Origin: an uncultured Clostridia bacterium
GTDB lineage: Bacteria; Bacillota; Clostridia; Christensenellales; CAG-314
Reading direction: 5' to 3'
DNA length: 62,594 nucleotides
Assembly (NCBI GenBank): GCA_947589685.1
Contig: CANQCN010000003.1
Span: forward strand, 1-62,594
Part shown: positions 8,632 to 17,570 of the stretch, in pieces
Layout of the letters: the number at the start of each line of letters is the position of its first letter
Position numbering within the stretch: position 1 is the first letter of the stretch
The notes under the pieces: generated by a model
What the model saw: the letters and a program-made list of their open reading frames with translations, nothing else
Told to the model about the DNA's origin: nothing
The model's database searches: none
Made by a program: the position numbers and the translations under genes

Positions 8632-11091
8632 ATGCTTCAACTAAAAAATATCACAAAAGATTACGTTGTTACCGACGAATTGACGGTACACGCTCTCAAA
8701 AACGTCTCGCTGACGTTTCGTCCGAGCGAGTTTGTTTCGGTGCTGGGGCCCAGCGGCTGCGGCAAGACCACGCTGCTCAATATCATAGGCGGCTTGGATC
8801 GCTACACGTCGGGCGACCTCGTCATCGACGGCACAAGCACCGAAAGCTTTCGCGACGCCGATTGGGACAGCTATCGAAATCGCTCGATCGGTTTCGTGTT
8901 TCAAAGCTACAATCTCATTCCGCATATGAGCGTGTTGGAAAACGTCGCGCTGTCCCTCACCTTTGCCGGCGCAGGCAAGGCGGAACGGCGCAAACGCGCC
9001 AAAGAAGCGCTTTGCAGCGTAGGCTTGGGAGAACAGATAAACAAACGTCCCAATCAACTCAGCGGCGGACAGATGCAGCGCGTGGCGATCGCTCGCGCGA
9101 TAGTAGGCGACCCCAAGATCATTCTTGCGGACGAACCGACGGGCGCTTTGGACACGGAAACGGGCGTACAAGTGATGGACCTGCTCAAAGAGATATCACG
9201 CGACAGACTTGTGATACTCGTTACGCACAACGAACAGCTTGCGGAGCAGTACTCCACGCGAGTAATAAAAATTTTGGACGGATGTGTGGTCGGAGACAGC
9301 GATCCCGTCGAGCAAACGGAAGAGGTTGAATTTGCCCTGCCGAATGTCGGCGACGCGTCCGTGAACGATACGCCCGAAAGGCAACCCGCCCGCGGCAAAA
9401 AGGGCAAATGGGGTAAGTTTTTCGCGTCGATAGTTGCGGCTTTCGGCATATCCTTCCGCAATTTGCGCAGCAAGCGCGGGCGCACTTTTTTGACGGCTTT
9501 TGCGGGCAGTATAGGCATTTTCGGTATAGCGATGGTGCTTGCCCTAAGCGGCGGAATGAGCAACTTTGTCGACTATATGCAGACGGAGGCGGTGGGAGAC
9601 AGCGCCGTCACGATAGGCGAAACGGCATACAGCGTCAGCCGCATTTTGTCAATAATGGGCGATATGGAGGGCGTAAACGAAAAACCGTATCCCGACGTCG
9701 ATTACGTCGTTCCGTACGAGCGTCAAAGCTTTCACACCTCCACGACCCTTTCCGACGAATTTCTCGACTACATCGGCAAGCTGACCGACGACCCCGAAAA
9801 AAGCAAATGGTGCAACGCCGTCACCTACGGCTACAATCTCAATATGAACGTTTTGATGGGCAACAAATACTTGGCTTCTTGGTCGTCGTACGCCTATCAA
9901 GCGGTGGACGGCGACGGACTGATAGAGGACAACTATGACGTGCTGTACAAGTCGGACGACTCGGCGACGGGCTATCCGCAAAATATAACGGAAGTGTGCC
10001 TGGTGGTCAACAAATTCAACAGACTTACACCCTCGGCATTGAGGGCGTTGGGCATGACTTTGGAAAACAACGAGGACGGCACTTACAAAGCGATAAGCTT
10101 CGAGGACATCATACGCAACGGCCGCTATACGGTGGTGCTTAACGACGGTTGGTACACCAAAAAAGAACGCGGTTACGCTTCTTTGTCGTCGTCCGTCAAC
10201 GGCAAGACGGGCATGCTGCCCGACGAGGCGGTTAGTTCGATAAAGGACGGCGACAAATTGGAGGTAAGGATCGTCGGTATTCTTCGCCCCAAAAACGACA
10301 ACAGCACACAGTGGCTTTCGTCGGGATTGGCATATCTGCCCGAATTTGCTTCTTTTTTGGTGCAAAACGCCACCGAATCGCAGATCGGCAAAGAACAGCT
10401 GGCAAACAAAACTGTCAACGTAATGACGGGAACGGAGTTTTCGCGACCTCAATTCGGCACCGACGAGGAAAAGGACTCCAACGTGCGCTATCAATACACG
10501 CAAGCGCTCAAAGCGATCGGCGCCTACAAAACGCCCACGACGGTAAAAATATATCCCAAAAGCATCGACTCCAAGCAGAAAATATCCGACTATATCGACG
10601 CTTGGAACGATGCGCACCCCGACGACGAGGTGCTTTATCTCGATCTGACGGGCTTGGCGCTGTCTCTTATGGCGACGCTCATCGACGTCGTAAGCTGGGT
10701 GCTGATAGCTTTTTCGGCGGTGTCGCTCATCGTGTCCACCGTGATGATCTCGGTAATAACCTACACGTCGGTGGTGGAGCGCACCAAGGAAATAGGCGTG
10801 CTGCGTTCTATCGGCGCAAGCAAGGGGGACGTGTCGAGCATATTCAACGCGGAAACGGCGATCATCGGCACGTTTGCCGGTCTGTTGGGCGTGGCTATGG
10901 CGCTGCTGTTGGGATTTGCCGTCAATCTGATCGTCGAGCGTTTTCTCGGCGTGGCAAAGATCGCCGCGTTTACCGTGTGGATAGTGTTGGGAATGTTTGC
11001 GCTGTCCGTTGCTCTCACCGTTTTTGCGGGGCTTATTCCCGCGCGGATAGCGGCAAAACGCGATCCCGTCAAGTGTCTGCGCACCGAGTGA
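8632..11091 (+). CDS. MacB-like fused ABC ATP-binding/FtsX permease
   Basis: GPSGCGKTT, LSGGQMQRV, ADEPTGALD and C-terminal SVVERTKEIGVLRSIGA. Confidence 0.93.
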   Translation: MLQLKNITKDYVVTDELTVHALKNVSLTFRPSEFVSVLGPSGCGKTTLLNIIGGLDRYTSGDLVIDGTSTESFRDADWDSYRNRSIGFVFQSYNLIPHMSVLENVALSLTFAGAGKAERRKRAKEALCSVGLGEQINKRPNQLSGGQMQRVAIARAIVGDPKIILADEPTGALDTETGVQVMDLLKEISRDRLVILVTHNEQLAEQYSTRVIKILDGCVVGDSDPVEQTEEVEFALPNVGDASVNDTPERQPARGKKGKWGKFFASIVAAFGISFRNLRSKRGRTFLTAFAGSIGIFGIAMVLALSGGMSNFVDYMQTEAVGDSAVTIGETAYSVSRILSIMGDMEGVNEKPYPDVDYVVPYERQSFHTSTTLSDEFLDYIGKLTDDPEKSKWCNAVTYGYNLNMNVLMGNKYLASWSSYAYQAVDGDGLIEDNYDVLYKSDDSATGYPQNITEVCLVVNKFNRLTPSALRALGMTLENNEDGTYKAISFEDIIRNGRYTVVLNDGWYTKKERGYASLSSSVNGKTGMLPDEAVSSIKDGDKLEVRIVGILRPKNDNSTQWLSSGLAYLPEFASFLVQNATESQIGKEQLANKTVNVMTGTEFSRPQFGTDEEKDSNVRYQYTQALKAIGAYKTPTTVKIYPKSIDSKQKISDYIDAWNDAHPDDEVLYLDLTGLALSLMATLIDVVSWVLIAFSAVSLIVSTVMISVITYTSVVERTKEIGVLRSIGASKGDVSSIFNAETAIIGTFAGLLGVAMALLLGFAVNLIVERFLGVAKIAAFTVWIVLGMFALSVALTVFAGLIPARIAAKRDPVKCLRTE

Positions 11092-11143
11092 CCGCTCTTC
11101 TTGCCGCAAAAACACGCAAAAACGATCAAAAGCAAAAAATCGC

Positions 11144-11251
11144 TTGATTTTTCGTTATATTTAATATATAATGTATCTTGCCCGAATAGGGGCACCCTTG
11201 CTGCGGGGAAGATCCGCAGCCAAACAGACCACAAGGAGGTAAAATTTCAGC
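11144..11251 (+). promoter_or_regulatory. sigma-A promoter and S6:S18 ribosomal protein leader RNA
   Basis: TTGATT-17-TATAAT. CCTTG (11196) pairs with CAAGG in the RBS, there is an inner GCTGCGG/CCGCAGC stem, and an ACC motif lies 5' of the SD, as in rpsF autoregulatory leaders. Confidence 0.75.
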
Positions 11252-11536
11252 ATGAACAGTTACGAATTGTTGTACATCCTTAACAACGACATGGCGGACG
11301 AAGCCAAGGACGCTTTGGTAGAAAAGCTCAATGCGGTTGTTACGGCAAACGGCGGCACTGTTGACAACGTGGAAAAATGGGGCACAAGACGTCTTGCATA
11401 TCCCATCGATTACAAAAACGAAGGTTACTACGTGCTTGTCAACTTTACGGCGCCCGCAACTCTTCCTCTCGAACTTGAACGCGTTATGCGTATCAACAAG
11501 GATGCGATCATGCGTTTTATGATCGTCAAGAGATAA
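11252..11536 (+). CDS. rpsF: 30S ribosomal protein S6
   Basis: YELLYIL...WGTRRLAYPI...EGYY. Confidence 0.98.
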   Translation: MNSYELLYILNNDMADEAKDALVEKLNAVVTANGGTVDNVEKWGTRRLAYPIDYKNEGYYVLVNFTAPATLPLELERVMRINKDAIMRFMIVKR

Positions 11537-11553
11537 CCAATAAGGAGCTACAC

Positions 11554-11961
11554 ATGAACAAAGTATTTTTGATCGGTAGATTAACACAAGACCCTCAGGC
11601 GTCCACGCCCACCGACGGCGGACACACCTATTGCCGTTTCAGCATTGCCGTCAACCGCAACTATTCGCGCGACGGAGACAATCGCGCCGACTTCATCAAC
11701 ATCATCACTTGGGACGCGCTTGCTTCCAACTGCGTCAAGTATCTTGTAAAGGGAAGTCAGGTCGCCGTTATCGGCAGTATCCAGACGGGCAGCTACGAGC
11801 GCGACGGCATAAGACGTCAATCCTTTGACGTTCGCGCCGACCAAGTGGAGTTTCTTTCCCGCGCGACGGGCGCTCCTCAACAGGGACAAGGCGCCGCTCC
11901 CGCAAAGGATCAGACAATCGACAGTCTCAAAGTAGTGGACGACGACGATATGCCTTTCTAA
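11554..11961 (+). CDS. ssb: Single-stranded DNA-binding protein
   Basis: MNKVFLIGRLTQDP, ADFI, acidic tail DDDDMPF, rpsF-ssb-rpsR order. Confidence 0.97.
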   Translation: MNKVFLIGRLTQDPQASTPTDGGHTYCRFSIAVNRNYSRDGDNRADFINIITWDALASNCVKYLVKGSQVAVIGSIQTGSYERDGIRRQSFDVRADQVEFLSRATGAPQQGQGAAPAKDQTIDSLKVVDDDDMPF

Positions 11962-11981
11962 GTTTTTAAGGAGAATGAAAA

Positions 11982-12227
11982 ATGGAAAATAAAGAAGTAA
12001 AAAGACCGATGAGAAGTCCCGCACGCCGCAAGGTTTGCAACTTCTGCGTAGAAAAATCCGAGTATATCGATTACAAGGATATTGCCAAGCTCAAAAAATA
12101 TATGGCGGAAAGCGGCAAAATTTTGCCTCGCCGTATGACGGGCGTTTGCGCTCATCACCAAAGAGAGCTTGCCGTGGCAATCAAGCGCGCGCGTCAGATG
12201 GCTTTGATCCCCTACGTTGCAGACTAA
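11982..12227 (+). CDS. rpsR: 30S ribosomal protein S18 (C+ zinc-binding type)
   Basis: CNFC...IDYKD...[17 protein letters not shown]. Confidence 0.98.
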   Translation: MENKEVKRPMRSPARRKVCNFCVEKSEYIDYKDIAKLKKYMAESGKILPRRMTGVCAHHQRELAVAIKRARQMALIPYVAD

Positions 12228-12239
12228 ACAAAAGTTCTT

Positions 12240-12278
12240 CCGACCACACGTGCGGCGGTCGATTGCTTGCTGCTGCGC
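12240..12278 (+). repeat. Intergenic repeat, copy A (copy B at 14827-14861)
   Basis: CCGACCACACGTGCG-n-GCTTGCTGCTGCGC is shared by both copies. Confidence 0.7.
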
Positions 12279-12713
12279 AACGCATGCGCAATCGACGGTC
12301 AAATAAACATCATTTAGAAAATCGACTTCCTCGGCGAAAGTCGATTTCTTTTAATACTGCAAACACCCTGAACCAATGCGCTTACGCGCCGCCGCAGCTC
12401 GGTAGGGTACCCACACGATTTGAGCTTGCGAAAATTGTGTGGGAGAAGGCGCGCCCGTGTGTCAGCGGAACCGAGTACGCAAAGCGTGCTTGGTGCTGAC
12501 AAGCACGTGGTGCGCCGTGGGTGCACGCCCGAACTTCGCGGGATTTAATTGAAAGCTATATATTTGTTGCAAAACAATTTTTTCGCTGCATTGCAAGATC
12601 GATGGAAATTATCTGACAAAATTTCAACGTTGAAAAGGACGCAAGCGATCGCTTGCGTCTTTTTGCTTGCGCAGAGTGTTTACACCGACGGCAAAATATT
12701 GTATAATATTTTT

Positions 12714-13547
12714 ATGGACATCAAACAATTGCTGAAAACAAGCGGGTTTCGTTTCAACAAACAGTTCGGACAAAACTTTCTTACGGACGAAACGCTGCTT
12801 GACGACATTTGCCTCGACGCGCATGTCGACGGCGGCACCGTGTTGGAAATAGGCGCGGGCGCGGGCACTCTTACGCGAGCGCTTTCCCGTTATGCGGACA
12901 AGGTCGTCGCATTCGAAATAGACCGCAATTTGGAAAAGATCCTTGCCGTTACCCTTCAAGACCGTCCCAACGTCAGCGTTGTGATAGGGGACGTGATGAA
13001 GTATTCGATGTCGCAGATCGAACGGCTTTGCGGTTCGGACTACAAGGTGGTAGCCAACATTCCTTACTATCTCACGGGACCGCTCATCATGCGTTTTGCG
13101 GAGGAATCCGCAAATGCGTCGAGTCTCACGCTCACCGTGCAGAAAGAGGTGGCGGAGCGTTTGGCGGCAAGACCCTCCACAAAGGACTACGGCGCGATCA
13201 CGGTGGCGTTGCAGGCTGTTGCGGACGTGACCGTTGTTCGATCGCTGCCGCGCGAGTTGTTTTACCCCGTGCCCAATGTGGACAGCGCGGTCGTTACGGC
13301 AAATTTTCGCCGAGACAAGTTCGACCTGACCTCTCGCGAGTTGTTTCGCAAAACGGTGCGCGCGGCGTTTTCTATGCGGCGCAAGACGTTGTTGAACTGT
13401 ATCGCGGCGGGCTTCGGCTTTTCCAAGGAACGCGCCGCGGCGATAATTGCCGAATGCGGTTTCGAACCCGATTGCCGCGGAGAACAGCTGTCCGTCGAGC
13501 AATTTGTCATTCTTTACAAAACCATCGAAGGAGCGTTGTCGAAATGA
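12714..13547 (+). CDS. rsmA: 16S rRNA m6,2A dimethyltransferase
   Basis: KQFGQNFL, VLEIGAGAGTLT, VANIPYY, PVPNVDSAVV. Start at ATG 12714. Confidence 0.97.
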   Translation: MDIKQLLKTSGFRFNKQFGQNFLTDETLLDDICLDAHVDGGTVLEIGAGAGTLTRALSRYADKVVAFEIDRNLEKILAVTLQDRPNVSVVIGDVMKYSMSQIERLCGSDYKVVANIPYYLTGPLIMRFAEESANASSLTLTVQKEVAERLAARPSTKDYGAITVALQAVADVTVVRSLPRELFYPVPNVDSAVVTANFRRDKFDLTSRELFRKTVRAAFSMRRKTLLNCIAAGFGFSKERAAAIIAECGFEPDCRGEQLSVEQFVILYKTIEGALSK

Positions 13548-14815
13548 ACCCGCAGGACGATAAACTTTTTGCCCGAAACAAGCGTTACGCTCTTGCCGTT
13601 TCGGGCGGGGTGGACAGCATGGTAATGCTGGATATGTTGGCGCATAGCGAAAAAATACGCGATTTTTTCGTCGTTACGGTAAATCATTGCATACGTCCCG
13701 ATGCGGAGAGCGATTGCCGATTTGTCGCCGACTACTGCGACAAGCTGGGCGTGGAGTGCAGGATCTTTCGCGTGGACGTGCCCGCTTATGCCGCCGAACG
13801 CAAGCTTTCCACGGAAACGGCGGCGCGCATTTTGCGCTATCGCGTGTTTGACGGTCTTGATTGCGACTACGTTTGTTTGGCGCACAATGCCGACGACAAT
13901 GCGGAAACGGTGCTTATGCACATTATCCGCGGCAGCGGCGCAAAGGGAGCTTCCGGGATCAGACAAAAAAGCGGCAGATATATCCGTCCTCTGCTTCAAC
14001 TGACGCGCGCGGAGATCGAGAGGTATGCTCGCGAGCACGATGTGCCCTTTGTCAACGACAGCACCAACGACGACACCCGTTACGCTCGCAACTTTATCCG
14101 TCACAAGGTGATGCCCTTGCTCGAAGAACTCAATCCCGCAGTCAAGCAAAACATATTGCGATTTGCGCAAAACATCGCAAGCGACGATATGCGGCTGAAC
14201 GCGCAGGCGGACAAAAGCATTCGCCGCGTACGTTTTGACGACGACGGCGCTCATATACCCGCAAAACTGCTTGCGGACGGCGATCAAAGACTGTTGGATA
14301 GGGTATTCGCCCGCCTCGGAGTGCATTGCGACATAGAGCAAAAACATTATTTTTCCATTTTCGGTCTGGTAAACAATTGCGGCGGCAAAAAGATAAATTT
14401 GCCCTTCGGTTACGTAGCCTACAACGACTACGACTGCATAACCATACGTCCCGAAAAACAGCTCGCGACCTACCGATTTGAAATACCGTTCGCTTTGGGG
14501 CGGACCGAAACGCCTGTCGGCGTCGTCGAAGTCGGTCAGAACGGCTGCGGACTGCGTATCGACGTAAGCAAGCTCCCCGACGGCGCTGTTTTTCGCACAA
14601 GACGCGAGGGCGACGTTTTTACCAAGTTCGGCGGCGGCACCAAGCCGCTCAACCGATATTTGATAGACAAAAAGGTGCCCGAACGCGATCGCGACGGCTT
14701 GTTGCTGATAGCCGTCGGAAACGAGGTTTTTGCGATAATGGGATTGGAAATTTCCGAAAAATTGCGCGTGGACGAAGGCGCAACGCCCACTTATATCGAA
14801 CTTAAAACACATTGA
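13544..14815 (+). CDS. tilS: tRNA(Ile)-lysidine synthetase
   Basis: AVSGGVDS, AHNADDNAET, RPLL, RNFIRH. ATGA overlap with rsmA. Confidence 0.96.
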   Translation: MNPQDDKLFARNKRYALAVSGGVDSMVMLDMLAHSEKIRDFFVVTVNHCIRPDAESDCRFVADYCDKLGVECRIFRVDVPAYAAERKLSTETAARILRYRVFDGLDCDYVCLAHNADDNAETVLMHIIRGSGAKGASGIRQKSGRYIRPLLQLTRAEIERYAREHDVPFVNDSTNDDTRYARNFIRHKVMPLLEELNPAVKQNILRFAQNIASDDMRLNAQADKSIRRVRFDDDGAHIPAKLLADGDQRLLDRVFARLGVHCDIEQKHYFSIFGLVNNCGGKKINLPFGYVAYNDYDCITIRPEKQLATYRFEIPFALGRTETPVGVVEVGQNGCGLRIDVSKLPDGAVFRTRREGDVFTKFGGGTKPLNRYLIDKKVPERDRDGLLLIAVGNEVFAIMGLEISEKLRVDEGATPTYIELKTH

Positions 14816-14826
14816 ACGCGGCAGAC

Positions 14827-14861
14827 CCGACCACACGTGCGACGATCGCTTGCTGCTGCGC
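14827..14861 (+). repeat. Intergenic repeat, copy B
   Basis: Matches 12240-12278. Confidence 0.7.
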
Positions 14862-14990
14862 CGACGCTTTTGTCCTTACGACGCAAGCGTCGGCGTTTTT
14901 TTGTTTTTGCAAAAAATCCCGCAATAGTACGCAACACACACTTTTTTGACTTTTTTCGGCATATACTGAATAACGGTTGAGGAGTTTGCA

Positions 14991-15890
14991 TTGTTTCGGT
15001 ACGAGGATTTGCTCAAAGAAGTGGATTTGTTTTGTCGGTACGGCGTGGAAACGGGCGTAGTGGGCGAAAGCGAATTAAAACAGCGTATACCCTACATTTT
15101 CGTGGGGAAAAAGACCGGTTATTATATGATAGTGCAGGGAGCCATGCACGCGCGGGAGCACCTCACGGCGCTCTTGGTGGTGTGTCTTGCCAAGCATTTG
15201 GTAAAAAACGGCGATCTGCCTATGGAGGGCGGCATTTATTTTGTGCCTATGACCAATCCCGACGGCGTAAGGCTGTGTCAGGAGGGCGTGGGCTTCGTCG
15301 CCGACAAGGAGCGCAAAAGCAATCTTCTCACCATCAACGGAAGCAGCGATTTTTCGCTGTGGAAAGCCAACGCCGACGGAGTGGACCTCAACGTCAATTT
15401 CGACGCGCATTGGGGCGAGGGCGTGCAAAACGGTTACTACCGCTCCGCCTGCAACTATGTGGGCAAGGCTCCCTTTTCCGCCGCGGAAACGCGCGCGCTC
15501 AAAGAGTTTACCGAACGGATAAAGCCCTGCGTAACATTGAGCTACCACCTCAAAGGCGAAGAGATCTATTGGGAGTTTCATCAACGCGGACATCGCCGTT
15601 TTCGCGACAAGCGCTACGCCGAGGCGATAGCCAAATACACGGGGTATCCGCTCGTCACTCTTACGGGCAGCGTGGGAGGCTACAAGGATTGGTGTATCGA
15701 ACGACTCAAAATCCCCGCTTTTACCGTCGAGGTGGGAAAGGACAGCTTCGATCATCCCTTCCCCTACGGCGAATTGAAAACGATCTTGCAGCAAAATCTC
15801 GATCTGCCGCGCCGTTTGCTCAATACCGTTGCGCGAGACAAACAACGGCTCGTCGGCACTGGGCTCGAAGCTCTTTACGAGCAGACGTAA
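14991..15890 (+). CDS. M14 zinc carboxypeptidase (gamma-D-glutamyl-diamino acid endopeptidase-like)
   Basis: HARE, NPDG, GVDLNVNF, LSYH, FTVEVG. Upstream CATATACT (14960) resembles a sigma-E/K -10 box. Confidence 0.88.
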   Translation: MFRYEDLLKEVDLFCRYGVETGVVGESELKQRIPYIFVGKKTGYYMIVQGAMHAREHLTALLVVCLAKHLVKNGDLPMEGGIYFVPMTNPDGVRLCQEGVGFVADKERKSNLLTINGSSDFSLWKANADGVDLNVNFDAHWGEGVQNGYYRSACNYVGKAPFSAAETRALKEFTERIKPCVTLSYHLKGEEIYWEFHQRGHRRFRDKRYAEAIAKYTGYPLVTLTGSVGGYKDWCIERLKIPAFTVEVGKDSFDHPFPYGELKTILQQNLDLPRRLLNTVARDKQRLVGTGLEALYEQT

Positions 15891-15998
15891 ACGCCTTTAC
15901 AAATGCCGTTTGTTATTTTATAATATTGCCGTACCGTCAGGATACGCAAGGCGCTACTGCGTCAATACAAAATTCATCGAACGGCGGGCGCAAATATT

Positions 15999-16751
15999 AT
16001 GAAAGAACCTATCAAGTGCGATCTGCACGTACACACAAATTACAGCTTTGACGGCAACGCGACAATGGAGCAATATGCCCGCCGCGCCGTAGAGTTGAAG
16101 CTGGACGTCGTGTGCTTTACCGACCACATAGACATCAACGATCACCGCGACACCTTTCGCGATTTTCCCTTCGATGAGAGGCAGAGAGAGTTCGAGCGCG
16201 TACAAAAGCAGTTTGACGGGCAGATAAAGCTGCTGCTCGGCTTCGAAATGGGCGAACCTCACCTTCACCCTCGCGAAACGGCTTTTTTGCGCAGCTTGCA
16301 CCCCGATATGATCATCGGCTCGGTGCATGATTCTCCGTCGTTGGACGGCATTTCCGACCGCCGCGCTTACGAACGCGCCTACGACCGCTTGGTAAGGCAA
16401 ATGGTCGAGGACGGAGACTTCGACGTTCTCGGTCACGTGGACGTGTTGCGCAAGTGGCACGACGACTACGAGGAGGATACCGACTACGTGTACGGCACGC
16501 TGAAACTGTGCGTCAGCCGCGGCATTGTTCCCGAAGTGAACACCTCGTCTATGCGTGCAAAGGGCGTTTTGCCCATGCCCGATCCGAAAGCCGTCGCGTA
16601 CTACGTCGCTTGCGGAGGAAAATATGTCGTCGTCAACAGCGACGCTCACACGCTTTCCCAACTCGACGAATTTCCGCAAGTGCGGCAGTCTCTTCCGAAA
16701 GGGGCTCGGTTGTGCTTTTTCGAGGGCGGCAAGCTGCGCACGGAGGCGTAA
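15999..16751 (+). CDS. PHP family histidinol-phosphatase-like (HisJ family)
   Basis: DLHVHT, FTDH, IGSVH, GHVD, EVNTS, SDAH motifs. Confidence 0.88.
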   Translation: MKEPIKCDLHVHTNYSFDGNATMEQYARRAVELKLDVVCFTDHIDINDHRDTFRDFPFDERQREFERVQKQFDGQIKLLLGFEMGEPHLHPRETAFLRSLHPDMIIGSVHDSPSLDGISDRRAYERAYDRLVRQMVEDGDFDVLGHVDVLRKWHDDYEEDTDYVYGTLKLCVSRGIVPEVNTSSMRAKGVLPMPDPKAVAYYVACGGKYVVVNSDAHTLSQLDEFPQVRQSLPKGARLCFFEGGKLRTEA

Positions 16752-16979
16752 GCTCGCCGTTTGTTTGTTGTTCCGACTTCGGAGCGATTTTATCCATTTA
16801 TATTTCATTTTTATAATATTTTGGCAAATAATGACTTTTTGACGCAAAAAAACGCGAATTATCCGCCGTCGAAACCGTTGTTGTTCGTTCAAATCGTTGA
16901 CATTTCGGGACAAAAGACTATAATGAATATAATCTTAAAAGTATTAAATAATAAAAATTTGTCAAGGTTTGAAATAACG

Positions 16980-17420
16980 ATGCAAAAATTTTTCCGTTGC
17001 TTTCGCTCGTCGAAAAGCAATCGCGCGCAATCCATAATAGAAAAAACGGGCGACGTCCTTCGCGACGCCGTCGGGTTTTTTGTGACGTTTGCGGTCGTCG
17101 TTATGCTCGACCTTTGGCTCAGCAGACTTGTTCGTCACGCGTTTTGGCTCAATGTCAGATCGCTGCGTATGTTGGAGCGAAGCCTGCTCCTTGTGTTGGA
17201 GCGCAGCGCGCTTCCCGTCATACTGTATTTGTGCGAACACACCGTCACGGCGAAGCTTGTCGCGTTTTGCCTTGTATCGGCATTTGCCGCGGTTGTCGGC
17301 GCAAGCGCGTCGGCTTGTCTTGCCGCCCTGCATAAAACCGTCTGCAACGGTTGGGCGCAAATGGACGGCAAGCTTTGTTTCGCGGCGCTTTACCGTCACA
17401 AAGTCTGCTTTTTATCTTAA
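16980..17420 (+). CDS. Hypothetical membrane protein
   Basis: Hydrophobic ORF after a TTGACA-16-TATAAT promoter (16897-16924). Weak RBS, start uncertain. Confidence 0.4.
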   Translation: MQKFFRCFRSSKSNRAQSIIEKTGDVLRDAVGFFVTFAVVVMLDLWLSRLVRHAFWLNVRSLRMLERSLLLVLERSALPVILYLCEHTVTAKLVAFCLVSAFAAVVGASASACLAALHKTVCNGWAQMDGKLCFAALYRHKVCFLS

Positions 17421-17570
17421 CAAATAACTGCCGCAAGTCCGTGAGCTTGCCGATAGCGTATGCTCTCATATAACGCTCGGCGCTCGGACTGTCGCGGAAA
17501 CCGTATCCGTTTTGTCGCTCGCGTCGACTTTGGCAAGGCGGATTTTTTGATGTCTTTTATTCGAGGAAAA

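Noticed and set aside
12809-13543. Long N-terminal extension of the TilS ORF
   Set aside because: Alternative frame over rsmA. The real start is the ATGA overlap at 13544.
15927-15990. Possible structured leader before the PHP gene
   Set aside because: Only short pairings, and no riboswitch consensus recognised.
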